Notes: generated by a model from the letters alone, not told the origin. DNA of 62,421 bases, filler included, from Choristocarpus tenellus KU-1152 (GCA_964200185.2; 11 parts of 11 records of this genome joined end to end with filler, not necessarily neighbours in it); one strand, 5' to 3'; shown: positions 35,965-50,894, counted from the whole stretch's first letter. Program-made: numbers and translations.

Positions 35965-38179
35965 GAGGCTGGAGATGAGGCTGATCGATTGGTCGCCTTG
36001 ATTTATTTGACCACAAAACATTATGGTACAATGCAATGGTTCTCGGGTGTCTTGTTGGGGAGGGCGTTGCTAATGAAGAAAAAAGAAATATACAACATCC
36101 CTGGTCCCGTCGCGTTACTTGTCAAAAAAGGGTATACAAAAAAAAAGGAAAAAAACAAAAAGGAGTATATCTGTCTATAAACATGTATGTAATGTATATT
36201 CCAATAAAATGTGTACCAGACAAAAGGCAAAGGCCCAGTACTCAACAACGTAGAAAGAACACAGAAAAAAAAACTAGCAACGGTAAGAGATACTGATAAA
36301 CCTCGTAAGAGATCACACAAATATGATCAGAAGGAAAAAAAAAAAGTTTGATACAAAAAAAAAATGGTTGGAAGAGAGATATATGGCCGTCGTTGGTGAA
36401 AGTTGTACCGACGTGGCGGTCATTGGCTTGACCAATCACAACACACCTTTCACCTTCCCATTTTTCTGACGCAGGTTCCCCCCCTCCTCGCGTCCACAAC
36501 TCTCATCACAAAACGATCACAAGGCACCACCCCTATTCCAAGGAGGGGGGCATAAACATATGTAACCACTCTTGTGTTCCGAAATACGAGGCAACTTTGA
36601 TTGTTCCAGAACAAAAGTCAAAAGTGTTTTTTCTAACATTATTTCTTATTATTATCTGGCTATGGGCACGGTGGACACACACACTTGCAGATAGTTGAGA
36701 AGCATCGGAAACGGGTGTGTTGAGAAATAATGTAAAAATAATGTTGGGGGGCACCGATAAATGTTTCCGGGGGCAAACAGATGAGATTTCATTCCTGTTC
36801 AGGGGTTAAGAAAAATGGTTCCATCCCATCCTCCTTGGGGGGGGGGGGGGGGGGGGGGGGGGTGTGTGTGGGTGTTTGTTTGTGTGTGTGTGGGTGTGTG
36901 TGNNNNNNNNNNAAAAAAGAAAAAAAAGAAAAGGTGGCACGAACAAACAATGAGGGGGCGGGAGAGGGAGGGGGAGGGGGAGGTTTCAGCAGTTTTTTTT
37001 TGTTAAAAGTCGGTTTGTAGAGGCAGAGCCTGATGCGATGGTGTTGTTGCTTTGCTGATAACCCTAACCCTAATTCTATTTTGGAGAATCGATCCGCTTC
37101 GTGTCACCAAAGTAGAATGCGTATAAAAGGGGAAGGACAGAAAACATCCCCCCCCCCCAGGATGGCCCCAGTGCTCCTAACGTTAGTGTACCCTAGTTTT
37201 ATCATGGAGATTTTTTGTCACTCTATTTCTTGTGTAGGGGGGATGCTGGGGTGGTCTTGTAGGATAGGATCTATGCACAGTGCGATCTGGAAGGAGGGCA
37301 TCATTGATTCATCATTGATTCTTATGGGCCCCTGTGACTGCCCTGCAAATAACAATTCCATCAGTCACCACTCTTTGTCCAAAGCTGTTTCTTATATTTA
37401 GGAACAGACTGGTATGTACATATACAAACGAGGTGAGACCAATATTACAGTCCATGCAGATGTTTCATGAGTACTAGTGGTATGATAGTGGTGACTCCCC
37501 AATGATAATGGGTGCATTCGCTGTTCTTACACCTGGTTCACTGAACCTCATGCCTGCTCCTCATTTCTGCCCAATGATATTTGCAGTGTCTGCACATTAT
37601 TCACAGTGATTGGTTGATTTGTTCGATCAACAGTAACAAAACCATTGGGTGCGTGATACAATGATGTTCTAACTATTGGCAGGCGTTGTCATGGAGAATG
37701 AAGTAACACGCAAAAAATGCTTGAACCTGTGGTCAGAAAAGGCAATACAATATAGTGTCTGTAAATCATGGTGATAGTGTGTGTGTGTGTGTGTTTGTAT
37801 TAATGGAGGTAGCTTCAACATATCACAAGCATTTTATAGGCCTTTGAACTCTTACAGAAAAAAATAGGGGACGAATCAACCCCCCTCTGCGAATCTCTTC
37901 AAGTATGTGTGTTTATCGTTATTTGAATACCACACACCGACGACCGTCTTTGATAAACAAAAAAAAAATGTTGAGACGACTTTTTCCAACAGCACTTTCA
38001 ACAAAAATACCTGTTGAGGGACAAACTGCATTGTTGGCACAAGTATCACACATACACACACACACGAATATAATATATTTTATCAACGACACAAAAGATG
38101 AGTAGCCTATGTTATGTCTCAACACGGTTCAGACCTTCCTCTTCAAATATGAACTCATCTCACGCAAATATTTCCGAGC

Positions 38180-38279
38180 AACCCAACGCAAAGATCCGTT
38201 TTTTTTATTATTTTATAAATCGGAGGGTCATCCCAAAGAGGTACATGCATAAAGGAACAGAATTATGGGACAGAGGGAG
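38180..38279. mobile_element. Solo mariner-type TIR related to the termini at 8386 and 25922
   Basis: ...cggagggtcatcccaaagaggtac...ttatgggacagagggag|TA. Confidence 0.7.
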
Positions 38280-38650
38280 TATACATACACATATACACAC
38301 ATACAGAACACACTAGCACACATACACGAACAAGAAAATCTGCAGGTCAAGCAGATAAATAAAAAAAAGCAACAATAGATGTCAGGAGCAGAGGTCTGTC
38401 TGTCTGTCTACCAGAATGCGTAGTACAGAGTAGGTACAAAAAATACGGGGACAAAAAAACAAAAAAATACTTCAATGTACCGCCTTCGAAGCTTAGAAAG
38501 ACCCGCAAGACACACCCACAGTGAAAACTACAACAATGGTGCAAATGCATACTCAGTACGATAGAACACCAATGCCACAGCAACACAACCCTAACCCTAG
38601 CCCTGGCCCTAACCCTATAACCGTGCTCATCAATGTAGTAGTGCGATCAG

Positions 38651-39136
38651 AAGGGAGTACAAGGGGTCACAGCAGCAAAAGTGGGAGACACCTTGAGCAT
38701 CTGCAGGAGGATCTTGGGGAGGTAAGAAGTAGGACAAGTCCTTTTGAGAGGTGACAGGTGACAGGTCCCCTTTCATTTGGTTCTACTTATCACCTCTTCC
38801 TCTTCATGTGGGGGAGGTAATGATTATCATACCGACCAATCAGTAGCACATTCGATTCATTTTCACCAAAATATAGACCAATAGGGTGTGTGTGTGTGTG
38901 TGTGTGTGTGTAGAAGACTTGGAGGGTCACAGATCCTTGGGGCAGGAGTACACGAGGTGGAAGAGTCGACGCTGCAATGCATGCCCAACATAGTGGAAGC
39001 TCAGCGAGTCCTTGGAGCAGCATTCAAATCCCTCCTTAAGTCCAATGCTGTACTCCTTGTACCAGTCCTTTCCCTGAGGGATCCGGTACCTTGGGATCAA
39101 GGCCCAGGAGGGTTTTATGAAGAGGGGAGGGAGGCG
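38651..39136 (+). CDS. Two phase-compatible exons (about 38651-38721 and 38914-39136) of an unknown protein
   Basis: KGVQGVTAAKVGDTLSICRRILG ag|gtaag ... tag|a RLGGSQILGAGVHEVEESTLQCMPNIVEAQRVLGAAFKSLLKSNAVLLVPVL...; start of the first exon is uncertain. Confidence 0.45.
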
Positions 39137-39899
39137 GTAAGGGCGAGGGGAGGTCATGGGGNNNNNNNNNNNNNNNNNNNNNNNNNNNNNNNNNNNNNNN
39201 NNNNNTTAATTAATTAANNNNNNNNNNNNNNNNNNNNNNNNNNNNNNNNNNNNNNNNNNNNGTGGTGGCCCTCAAAATCTTTGTGGTGGTTGTTGGGCCT
39301 CAGCCCCCCCTCCCTCACTACCCCCCCCCCCCCCCCCCCCCCCCCCCCCGTAGAACAACAGACCACACAGAACAGAATGAAAGGATAGTTTCCATCAGAT
39401 TTTTTATACCACCACAGCTACTACAGATTATTTAATCCTAACCCTGACTCAGTAGCGACCAACAAAAAAAAAGACGAAAGAATTGCAAAGCATAGGCAGA
39501 TAAAAAGAAAAATTCATCATCCATCACACCTTCCTCTCCACCACTACATACGAGTATATTTCAGCCTCAACAAGCCCTATCGGTGTATCACAGAAAAAAA
39601 AGATATGGGAGTAGTGTTTATCATTCTCTTCCTTAAGTGCACTCATACAGACACACAACCACACACGTGGATATGGAGAGTTAACCCCCCCCCCCTCCCC
39701 CCCCAAATAAAATGTTCTCGAAGCTGGCTATACCCCCCATGTGGGTGCTATGTCTGAGTCACTGCTCACCGACCAGCGGTGTAAGGAACCAAGCCATCCC
39801 ATAACCCTCCAACAGCATGTAACGCCTTCCAACAAGTTACTGAAGTGACTGCTCATGCATCCAAACTCTTCTCAGCATTACTCAGTGTTAAAAAACGGA

Positions 39900-41800
39900 G
39901 GCGCATGCCCTGCCAAGCTGCCAACCAACTACTTGAAAATTTCCCATTTCCCCCCCGATGCAATAGTTCCCTTACACTGTCGACGGTTTTTCTCATGGTC
40001 ATACACTGGACTGCTGATTAAACCGATACACTGTTTTAAACACTCTGCAGTAGTTACAGTTTTCCCCCAATGTACACAAACAAGGAAGTGTAACAACAAA
40101 AATGTACCTAAGGGAGGAATATGTAGGTAGTTTGTCGAATCACGTTCTCGATCAATGTTGTCAACTGGGAAACAAGGGGGTATCCTAGTCTTGACAATTT
40201 AGGGTACGGACAGCGATGGAGGCGCCAGGGATATAGAGTAAGACCCAGGAGAGTATCCACTATGCTACACAACACAGGAAAAATAATAAAATCGAGGCTC
40301 AAGGGTTAGACGTATTTCTCCACCTTCAGGACTGCATGAAAAGATCAGCCTCGTACCTTTACTGTGCAAGGGCTAGGTGAAGGCACTTAGCAAGGAAGCC
40401 TCAAATGAGAGGGATTCAAACTCAGGACTACACTTTAGTAACTTGAGGAATGGGGCGTGTGCTTATGATAACTGCTGCTTCTTGCTATAGCTGAAGTTTC
40501 TTCAGCGGTGAGTTCAAAACCAATCTCTCCCACTTTTTTTTTTCCAGTGCAGTAAACTTCTGGGAACAGATATCACCCTGGTAGCCTATTTTCATTTGGA
40601 GGAGGATCTTCTCCCCTCTATGCAGATCCAACTGTTCGCCGTTTTACCCTTCACACTCCAGGTAGATTGCACACGACAGTGGAGAATGATATCAATCTAA
40701 TCAGTAACCACTGCAAACCAATCCATCATCCTAACCCTTTTCCTACTTTGGAAGACAATTCTTGGTCGATGAACCTTGGGGACACCTCATTTCATGGAGG
40801 CCTCACTTCAGTCTATGTTCGATTCCCAGCCAAAGGCAAGGCAATCCAGGTCAGGATGCTATATTCTTGTTTGATCCTCACAAAACATCCAAAGTTAAAT
40901 GGCGATTTGTGAGGCGAGAAAGGCCTCAGTGGGATTCACAATGGAGCCAGGTGTTTGACTGGAGATGATATTAACGGAAGAGATGGAAGTTTGGAATAAT
41001 GAAAGGTCCAGAGGATGACCGGGCAATTGATAAGGAGAGTACCCACTCTGGACATCAAAGTGGCAACAAAACAGCGCTTATCAGTGTGGAACACACGCCT
41101 CCAAGGGCTTCTACAACAGCTCAAAAAGGCACAATAGTGTTTGCATGTGTGAATATGTGAATATTCCACACAAAGAACAGTGAAATGCAACAACTGTTCT
41201 CGTCAGCTTTGGGTTTCTGTGGCATTGAGGGGGATACTATGGCTAACTGGAAAGGACGCGAAAAATAATCTCACCAGCTGGAGGCGAAACGACGAAGGCA
41301 TTGGTCGACAACAGGAAGCCCACCCCAACTGCCACACCGTAGGTCAAAGTGATTGGCATGGTCACCTGCGAAATAGGGCAGTGGTCGATTTACGATAGGA
41401 GACGGGGGCTGTGGATCAAGGCAGCATGGGAAGTCTAGTAGGTCGCTACACAGATGAATTTAAGAATTCATTGCCTTTTGTTCCGGCACATGATTCGGAG
41501 ACTAGATGGGCACACTGAGGAACCAAAAAAGGGTAATCTGGTTCACGATGGACTCTCTGTTGTTTCCAAAAGGTAAGCCATCAATTCAAACCCTGCCAAA
41601 ACAAACTTGGGGATCATGTTTTCACCAACGAGAACAACAAGGAGAGCAATCACTATTAAGGTGTTGGACCATTGTGCATACCACAGGCGTAGAGTTGGAT
41701 CAAAGCGTGCAGCCAACAGTGGTAGCTAGTTTCATTAATTCAACACTAGGTTTGCTCCAGTCAATGTGGGCAGACTCCACATAACATCCACTGAATGTAT
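39900..41800 (+). pseudogene. Decayed LINE-like retrotransposon remnant
   Basis: Ordered motif-like fragments (FKHSAVVTVF..CNN, LYAD, xGGxG) with many stops. Confidence 0.35.
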
Positions 41801-42090
41801 GGAAAGCAAGAACGTAACGCAGAAAGTATGATATCGAGGTGCATAGATACATACATACACGCACCGATTCACCTGCACAATGCTACTACTCTAAGAAAAA
41901 GCTCAGAATATCCTTGACGATGCCTTCAAGACCGATCATGTATGTGCCGTCTATATCGTGTCTTCATTTCCTACAACTATCTCCCTAACCCTACATAGAG
42001 CCAGCGCGCATTAGTTGACATTGTACCAACTCAGCATTCCTATCAGACATCATAGCACAAGGATATATATATAGAGAGTGCCCTCTAATC

Positions 42091-42313
42091 ATGCGCCATC
42101 CGGTTGTCATTGGTCTCATACTGATGTTGGCTTCTGCCCCATCCGCTTGTGCCCTTCTCTGCGGATCGTCGACAGTCATGCGTGCCCATGACCCAGTTCG
42201 AGCCCCTTTGCGAATGCAGGGAGGTGACTCAGACCATGAAGGGTTGAGAGCCACCCCGGTCACGCGAGGGGGGATTATCCGCGACGTTGGGGCTACGACA
42301 ATAGCGGCAGCAG
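42091..42313 (+). CDS. Aldo/keto reductase, exon 1 (signal peptide plus transit-like region)
   Basis: MRHPVVIGLILMLASAPSACA-LL...; phase-1 donor g|gtgag matches the phase-1 acceptor at 42887. Confidence 0.7.
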
Positions 42314-42886
42314 GTGAGATTGCAGGGAGCTGGTGTGATAAACCAAGGACTCCACCATAGGACACACTATCATGCGTACTTTCCCTTATTTGACACACTT
42401 CGCCCTCCAGACAGTCCTCCTGGGGATAGAGACTGCACTTCAAATCCGTATTATGCTGCGCTTGCAGTAAAAATTCTCAGTTATATGAGGTGGAACCACG
42501 ACTGATGTTGAAACAAAAATGTTGCAGGTGGCTGTCTACAGTATGACAGACTCTATCACGGAGTTACCGAATTAGGCACACTTTGTTTGCTGTGTGGTTC
42601 CCTAGTGCGTGCTTACCATTTCCCTTACGGCGCACTACTCGGTGATTGTTGGTTTTCCTTGAAACTGCGAGCTGGCTTTGTGGGGGCAGGGCAGGTTGGG
42701 CAGGCCAAAACCTGGCAGGAGGAATGCAACTGCCCACTAACGCTGAGGTCACGTATGGCGTGGCTATGCTTTCCGCCCAGGCGCATGCCGAGCTCGTTCT
42801 TCTACCCGCATTTTATTTTATCTTTGGTGGTCTCTTGAACTCGAAGCCCCCCACCTTCGACAAACGACACTGGAGTTTCCCATCAG

Positions 42887-43074
42887 GCCCACCTTCTACT
42901 CAACCTCTCAACCTCGCTCCTCTTCCGTCTTTTTGCGGGCTGGAGGGCATGGACTTGGGGACAGGCTTTGGGTTGTCCAGCGGAAGTAGATATGGTGGAC
43001 TGCTGCTTCCCAGAAGTGCTGAGGCAGAGGACACAGGTGCAATACTCCCCTTGGAGGCTTACACTGAGCTCGGG
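42887..43074 (+). CDS. Aldo/keto reductase, exon 2
   Basis: catcag acceptor; the frame ends LPLEAYTELG|gtaagt in phase 0; acceptor position is inferred. Confidence 0.6.
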
Positions 43075-43393
43075 GTAAGTATTGCCTTCCCATGAAGTCA
43101 AGGTGTGTGTTTGTTCCAAGACCGTTGTTTGTCTGGTTCTCCGTGGAGCTTATCCGTTCCGTTTCCCAAAATATTCCATCTGCAATATCAAAAGGGTTGC
43201 AAACAAGGCTGAAATGATCAACTGTTCTCAACGTTCAACATTCGAGTGCTGTGGTTCAATACATGTTTAGTGTACCGTCTTCGAGAACTGAAGGTTACCG
43301 GATTGCTGGGTTTGTACTTTCTGGGCTCAATGTAAGCATATATCAATGAACCCAGCACTCACCAAACAGTTGCCACCGCTACTTGGAACATAG

Positions 43394-43600
43394 GGGGAGA
43401 TGAAGACATGCCGCATCCTGAATGGTATGTGGCAGCTCTCAGGCGGTCATGGGTTTCGCCCCGAGTTGAAGCCGGCCCTGCAGGCCATGGGAAAGCTTGT
43501 GGACAATGGGTTCACAACGTTTGACCTGGCCGATCATTACGGCCCGGCAGAGGACTTTGTTGGAGAATTCCGTGGGGCACTGCAGGCGCCACAGGGGCAG
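43394..43600 (+). CDS. Aldo/keto reductase (plant/algal radial-spoke-protein-5-like subfamily), exon 3
   Basis: tag|GEMKTCRILNGMWQLSGGHG...GFTTFDLADHYGPAEDFVG; G.WQ and FD.AD.YG are AKR motifs including the catalytic Asp and Tyr. Confidence 0.92.
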
Positions 43601-45141
43601 GTTTGTGCACCCCTTAATGGTGTAAGTACTTAGGGTTAGGGACGTTTATTTTATGTCGCCAAATGAAAACATGTACTGTACTTCATCCAAGACATGCATG
43701 GTGTAAAAAATTGAAGCCCTAACAGCATCATGCTCTCAGTAGTTTGGTAGTGCGGGCTGTGAAAGCTAACTGAATACTTTGGTGGAGGTCCTGATCCTCT
43801 CAAGCGGGAAGGGTGAGGGACGAGGCACTAACCTTAGCCCTTGAACGCTCGTTATTGTTATGTAGGTCTCTCTCTCTTGTACACCTCTACTATTGCTTGT
43901 TTTGTCGGTATGGGTATCGTTTGATGGACTGTTCAAAGACTGCGTCTCTGTTTGGTAATCTCCCTACTTGTTTGATATTGTGTACAATGTATGTTGTGGT
44001 ATGAACAAAGGGATCGTATTCTGTGAACGCCTGCCAATGCACCCGCACTATAAAATGTTCCAGAGTATCTGAGGTGCATGCATGGAGTAGTAGATGCTTT
44101 GGCACGATAAGGCGTGAGCATGTTCTTTGAAGAGTCTTTAAAATCGTGCAGATGCAGACAAACACTCTCTCAGGCAGTTCCACTTTTTCCCACTTGATCC
44201 TCAACGCTTGTACGGCGACCCTGACGCCTACGGCAGGAACCTACAACATTCGTTGACAAACGTTCTCGTTCCTCTTGTTGTTCATAGTTGATTCTAATCC
44301 AAGGCTATCCCATGATGGTTAAATTGAATTGCACATGTACCACATCACAGTGATAGGGACCCTTGAAATCCAACGAAATTCTCCTCCTTGATAGTATCAC
44401 TCCCCCCCCCCNNNNNNNNNNNNNNNNNNNNNNNNNNNNNNNNNNNNNNNNNNNNTTAATTAATTAANNNNNNNNNNNNNNNNNNNNNNNNNNNNNNNNN
44501 NNNNNNNNNNNACGTGTGTCGGATTTGTAATGTCAGTAAAAAAAAGAGTTGTTTGACTGAAACGGACGCCCCCTCACAAACCACCCCCTCCCCCCCCCAG
44601 ATACTTTGACCCTTAGTAGGTAGTCATAAGGACCCCAAACACTCAATAACACTCCCCAAAAAATACAGTGACCCCTTCAAAAAACATAAGTATAGTTGTG
44701 TGCTCCTGCATATATTCAGCCAAGTAGCATCAATGAAAATGGTAGGGAGGGCGTGCTCCTGTCTTGAGAAACAAGTCGATACATTATGAATAGGGCATAG
44801 ACTGAATGAGTATTGTTTGAACTGGAGACTGTTGGACAAACGCATGTAACAACTTGGTCCTCAGCTGTCCTCTTTGTAGTCGCTGCAGCCTTGGATCCAA
44901 AGATATCATATGTGTTGCATTTTGTTTTTGGTAGCCTGAGTCTCTGGAAAAGAAGACCAATGCTTGTTTCCTAAAAAAAAAGTCGCTGCAGCAGAAGTGG
45001 TAGTCTCTGATTGTAACCATTGCATTTGCGGGAGTATATGACAACTTGGTGGAACCTAGGTGTTGTTGTTGAGACCTCGTTCTTTAAATTGTGGTAGGAC
45101 AACCCTGAGAGGTATCCTTCCCATTATGGAATGTCTGTCAG

Positions 45142-45327
45142 ATTACCATGGAGATGTGTTATCGAGACATGCAGGGTGTGGTGTTGGATGGGGAGTATAA
45201 ACAGCTGAGGTTCAAGATAGACCATCCTCTGTGTCATTACGGCCAGGACTATACCCCAGAAAATCCATCACACTTTGTGGTGATCCAATTTAGTTCTGAG
45301 CTTGATGTTCGGCGAGTCTTGAAAGAG
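45142..45327 (+). CDS. Possible internal exon, unknown protein
   Basis: gtcag|ITMEMCYRDMQGVVLDGEYKQLRFKIDHPLCHYGQDY...RRVLKE|gtgggt; protein-like but with no partner exon found. Confidence 0.35.
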
Positions 45328-48300
45328 GTGGGTGAAGAAAAAGAGCAACGAATGGAGTCATGAAGGGAAAAAACTGTGAAGACATGTAGATTTGAAATGC
45401 TTCATCAAAGTAAATCAGTTTTGTCATTATTTATACGGTTTTTCTTGTGGAGACAAACACAGATCTACAGGCAAATGCATGTAATGTTGTTATAGTATAT
45501 GCTGCCCTTGTTATATGCACTCTAAATAGTATGTAAAGAGTGTGGAGACCATTGTGGTTGGGCATAGGGTCAGGTATTTCATTTAGAATCCCCCATCATT
45601 TGTCCGTATCATGCTCAGGTGATATGTCAATACGTACTATCTAGTTTTTTTCGTTCTTTTTTTCACATACTGTTGTTCACTAAGCATTGGATAAACTTGA
45701 GGCATTTTCTTTTTGTTGGATGAATAAGTACTGAATAATTCTTGAAATGGTTAAACTTGACAGAGTCGGAATGCAAGCCACCAGCTCTGTTTGTTGGCCT
45801 CCCAACCTTTTAACCTATCACCCTGCTCGATACAAATCTAAATTATGACTTGTGTTCCTGGACAGGTCATGCCTTTCGTGCGAGAGCTTGGTCGGACCTG
45901 ATCCATGACATACTATTCATCGATCTGAAACTGTTAGGAATACCAAACTGAATCTGCTGAACATGCAGTGGTTACCCATTAAGTTGCTTGTTGAAGCTTA
46001 GATACACTCCTTTGACCTGTCGACCAAGAAAAATGGATGCATGTGGTAGTGATACATTGGCTATGAGATGCTCTTGGAAACCTTCCAAACCATGTATCCC
46101 ACCGCCATCACTGATATTCTACAACATTTTGTCCTCCCTCTGAGAGAGAAGGTGAAAGCAAAACGTAGTTTTGCCATTTCAAGCTAAAAATAATATGAAT
46201 TCTCTTATTTGCTTCACAGAGATGATGCCGACAATTTTTGAGGACCATGAACAAAACACAGTCTGAAACTATTTTTTAATGTAGTCTGTCAAAATACTAC
46301 AAAAAGATGTAATGAGGCTATCTGCAGGATGTATTGACGCATGCTATACACACACATCCGCAACAGGGACTTCTCCACCGCCCTGAAATGAGGGACTCCA
46401 AGATATAAGAAGTGAGTGGGGAAAAGCCTTAATCGGCTTGAGGTTAGGATGTGAAGTGAATTCAAGTACGCCGATTGGTTAACAGAAGGACTTCATGATG
46501 AACACTAGTGCTGATTGTTCTAGCATTGTTGTGAAACGTGAATGGTACGCTTGCACCCACAACTCTCTGTCTTCTCTCATTACTCAGCAATGATACCTTG
46601 GCGTTGACAGAATGACCTCTACCTTCTATACCCCATCTTGGAAACAGACACTCGAAAATATGGTTTACTTCCTTTAGTGGGACAGGTGGGTGTGATTGTT
46701 CTAGAAAATATGTCTTACCCTTACCCTATCACTGCAATGGATGTACCTCATACATATTTGAAGTTAATTGATCCACAAGGGCACATGCGGCAGAGTGAGA
46801 GTCTCACCCATCATAAGGGGAGGCACACAAGGCTTTCCACCACATCAACTCGCACTGATATCCAAGCAAAGTTTACTTTGCTTATTTGCAGCCATTTTGC
46901 TGTGATACAATGATGATATGGGCTGGCACAGATAGGTCAAACCAAGGTCAGATGGAGTCAAACAACATACAAGTACAGCCAGCTTCCCCATTTTCGATTC
47001 ACTTCACCTAACATAACATGCTATTCGTGATCATTGCCATGTAACAAAAGACTTCTTCCTACAGATCACACCCAAGATTAGGTAGCAGGATGTACACCTT
47101 TCTATTGAAATAGCAAAGTACATAGAACTTTTACCACTATTATTGGTGGATTATCATCACTGGAGGGTCGCAATCCACAAAAGTATTTGTCTAGAACTTC
47201 TAACCACCTACTCCTCAGTACCATGATAGTATGTTACGCTTCGAAGTATATATATATACTCTCACTACACTGCAATATGTTGCCAAACCATGGCACTGAA
47301 CTTCCCTAGGTTCAATGGTGCAGACTCAAATGAGTTGTGTCTGATGTACGACTGTTGTTGTAGTACTTCCTATCCGTTCACTTAGAGAAATAAGATGGAG
47401 TCCTCCAGATTGTGCATGCACGCATCTCTTGGTTAAACCATTGATGACTTGGAAACAAAAAATTCTACTATTTAGTATTTGCAATACTATCAAAACATCC
47501 GATAAATCCGTAACCACCCTATCACTATTGACGATGTGAACTATCGGTGGCGATCTACAAAATTTTCTGAAATAGCGTTGTAGGTGGTTGGGTGTCGATC
47601 TCCCGCATATTTACGCTTTCGTTTTTTGGGGACATTTTCTTCTGATCGTTCCACGAACAAAGAGTTGTTTTTGAGTGGGGGGCAAACTTCTTTCCCACCC
47701 ACTGTAAGTGGTGCTACCACAAAAAAACTGAAAGAAACAAATGTAACTGTTGCAGGGAATCACACAGTAGATACCCGCAGAGGGACGGGTTCTCATGTTT
47801 CGAGTTGAACTTCTCCATTCTGCAAGCACCTTTCCTAGTTCAATAATAATCTCTACTGTAACAAAATAACTATTGAGCACTTTTTTCGTAGTACAAAAAT
47901 AAATATAGAGTAGAAGGTAATGTAACCTATGCCCTTAGGATCACAAACATTTTCATCCTAAGCAAATGACCACTCCACCCAGTCATTACTGCTTCAAATC
48001 ATACACAGTCCTCCAACCTCCCTTTTGAGCCTTGCTTGTGGTTGTGCATACAAGCAATATTTACCTTACACGAGAGTAGGTGAGGACGAAACACACAATA
48101 CACACTAGTACAGAATAGCCCCTCATCAGCTCCGTCCAGGCCTTGGCACAAGGTAGGCAACATGTCTGCCCCCTCTTTGTAGCACTCTACACAGCAGTTC
48201 CAATTGGTGTCTCGAATGTCATGGAACAGCACCAGTCTTCCACAAAAAAACTACTCTTAAGAGCATTGTAGTCAATAAAAGGGGAAAACCCTGGATGCAA

Positions 48301-49071
48301 GGTTCTTATCAGGATAACCACAGGAATCTCAATGTCTTTTCATGGTAAATTTGTGCCACTGCACAGACCAAACCACGCATCACATCACCCTCTGGACGGA
48401 CTGGGATTTCCAACATCACCACCAACTTACCCACACCTTCCCCATCCCCTTCCCCCCACTTAAGGAGGGGCAGACTTGAAGTAGGAAGCTGTCAATTGAA
48501 ACATTTACTCCACCCAAATAGATAGCCAAGAGCTGCACACAGGGTCTACAGTAGCCTCTCACCTTGTCCACACACTCTGCTCCAAATTAATGTAGCCCTT
48601 ACCTCTACCAAAACTCATTGCATATCATGCACATGTATAAAGCATAATAAAACACACCAACCAGCATGCTCCCCCTCCTCCCTCCTCCAATAAAGCTAAA
48701 TTTACTCACCACTATTGGAGATGGAGAGAGTCCAAACACCAGCAGAACAAATATAGCATACTCTCTTCATATTCAATCAACAGAGCCGTAATTGAAATGA
48801 GATTATAAATGAAGAAGAAGAGCATGACCAGCACTCTCTCTACCTCATTTCCTTCCCCTGGCAAAGGAGCCCTCTCCTCACACAAGTGCTCTTCCATAAA
48901 CACCTTATATTTTACGCAGTATTACTAGCTAATTAATTCCTCAACCACAGTTTCAGCACATATAATCATAGCCAAAAGACAACAAGAGTCCAGAGCATCA
49001 CCACCTTCCATGGGTTCCATTCAACTTACGCTACACACAAAACCCACCCATCCAAATTTCCACCCACTACA

Positions 49072-49212
49072 TCATTCATCATCAAGATCATCGATATCAG
49101 CTGCTGGTTCCCCATCCCCCATCCCCCCCTGTTGCTGCATCATGGCCTTTTGTGCCTTGAACATGTCTAGGGCCATTTCCATGTTCTCCCTCCACTTCTC
49201 AGGGGAATCAAT
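49072..49212 (-). CDS. STI1-like helical protein, last exon
   Basis: aacag|IDSPEKWRENMEMALDMFKAQKAMMQQQGGMGDGEPAADIDDLDDE*; phase 0 with the exon at 50895-51026. Confidence 0.8.
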   Translation of the reverse strand: MDSPEKWRENMEMALDMFKAQKAMMQQQGGMGDGEPAADIDDLDDE

Positions 49213-50894
49213 CTGTTCAAAGATGATGGGGGTGGGAGGGGGGAAAGGCAATGTGAAGTCCATGCTTTAGAACAAACCGCATACATATTATCTCAGGAAT
49301 CTAGATTCATGGTGTAGTTGGCAGGGCAACTGTAGCCAGCAATTGAGCACAAACAAGATTGGACACACTATTTGTGATCCAACCTCTACCTCGTTACCAC
49401 ATGAGACACTATGAATGATACTTTGAAAATGAGACAACCATTGTTGCCAAGGAGCACTATGGCTGCTCTTTACCATTGCATAATACTGCATGATTCATTG
49501 TGCCACTCAAACAGCTCCAACAGGGATTTGAATGAGAAGACTGTGGACACACAATCCCTTCGAGTCCAGACCTGATGTGCAGAAAGTTGACTTGTCCAAA
49601 CAAAGAAGAATCGCATGCATAATTACAGTCTTTCAAGCAGTCCTTCTTACATCAATCAGTACACACACACACACATTCCAATTCAATTCAGTTAACCAAA
49701 TCAAATTGACTTGTGAAACCCTTGCCATTTCTACAGATTCACGACCCCACCAAAATCACTTGGATTTGGACTTCCCCCCATCAGACTGTAACCCCAGCAA
49801 ATTGCTATCCTAACCCTAACTCTAATCAACAAAGATAACAAGTGTTCTAAATTGTGTTAACATCTGTGAAGTGAACCGAGGACCAGGTTGATGACCCCAT
49901 CTGAGTAGATTGAAGATCTTGTCTTGAATATAATTTTGGGAATGGCGAATGCATTGCGGCATGATTGTCCCGAATCCTCACAAAATTACAGGACATTCAT
50001 CGATATGATTCCGCACTCATTCAATACAATCCTAACCTTGCACCAATAATCACATTGATGTGTGTAACATCAACTATCCCCAAGAATAGACCAACGTACA
50101 GGGGAAAGCTCAGTGGAAATTATTGTTTGGAAAGGACTGTAAGTAACAGAGCTCATCACATAACCTCCAGAGCACAGCTTTTGTGGCTACAGATTGCTAC
50201 AGAGCGAATCAGAACCGCTCTAAGCTACTGCACTCCTCAAGATTCACTTCCTCGATAGCAAGAATTTTATGAAGAATTGGAAAAAATTGGAATCTCAAGA
50301 TTTTCCAAAGTTATACAGTTGGGTTTTTGCTGGGTTTTCTCGGGTCAAAGAAAAAGGCATCTGCATGATGATCACCTTGATTTGAATTGAGTTTTAAACC
50401 GTTATTAAAACTAGGTGTTACCAGAAAATAATACACCAACAGCGGACTATTTGAGTCCCTTACTGTGTTGATTCATTTCTAAATTTCAAACGGAGAGTTT
50501 GGAATGTTGCTTTAACTGACCAATCACCAACTGTAATATGCGAGTATGTGGAAGGCAGTTTATGGGAAAACTATTCTTTTTGTACCACTGGAAGAGTAGA
50601 AAGGTCTAAAATCAGGTGAAGAACACAACTCGACTCAACCATTCTCCAATAATATTGGGGGTAAGGAGAACAACTAAAGTATGTGTTTGTTGCATGTTGA
50701 CTAATCTAGGTACCCCTCACTCGAAAAGAAAGTCCGCAACGGTCTCCACTGCACAAACACTCCCTGATGTGACATAAATCGTCTCTTTGACGCACAAAGC
50801 ACACAATGAATAATAGGTTCTTATTAAAAAATAAATAAATAATGACTCAAACTTCAATAATTGTGTTCTTGGAACACTTATAGGAGGTTCTCAC

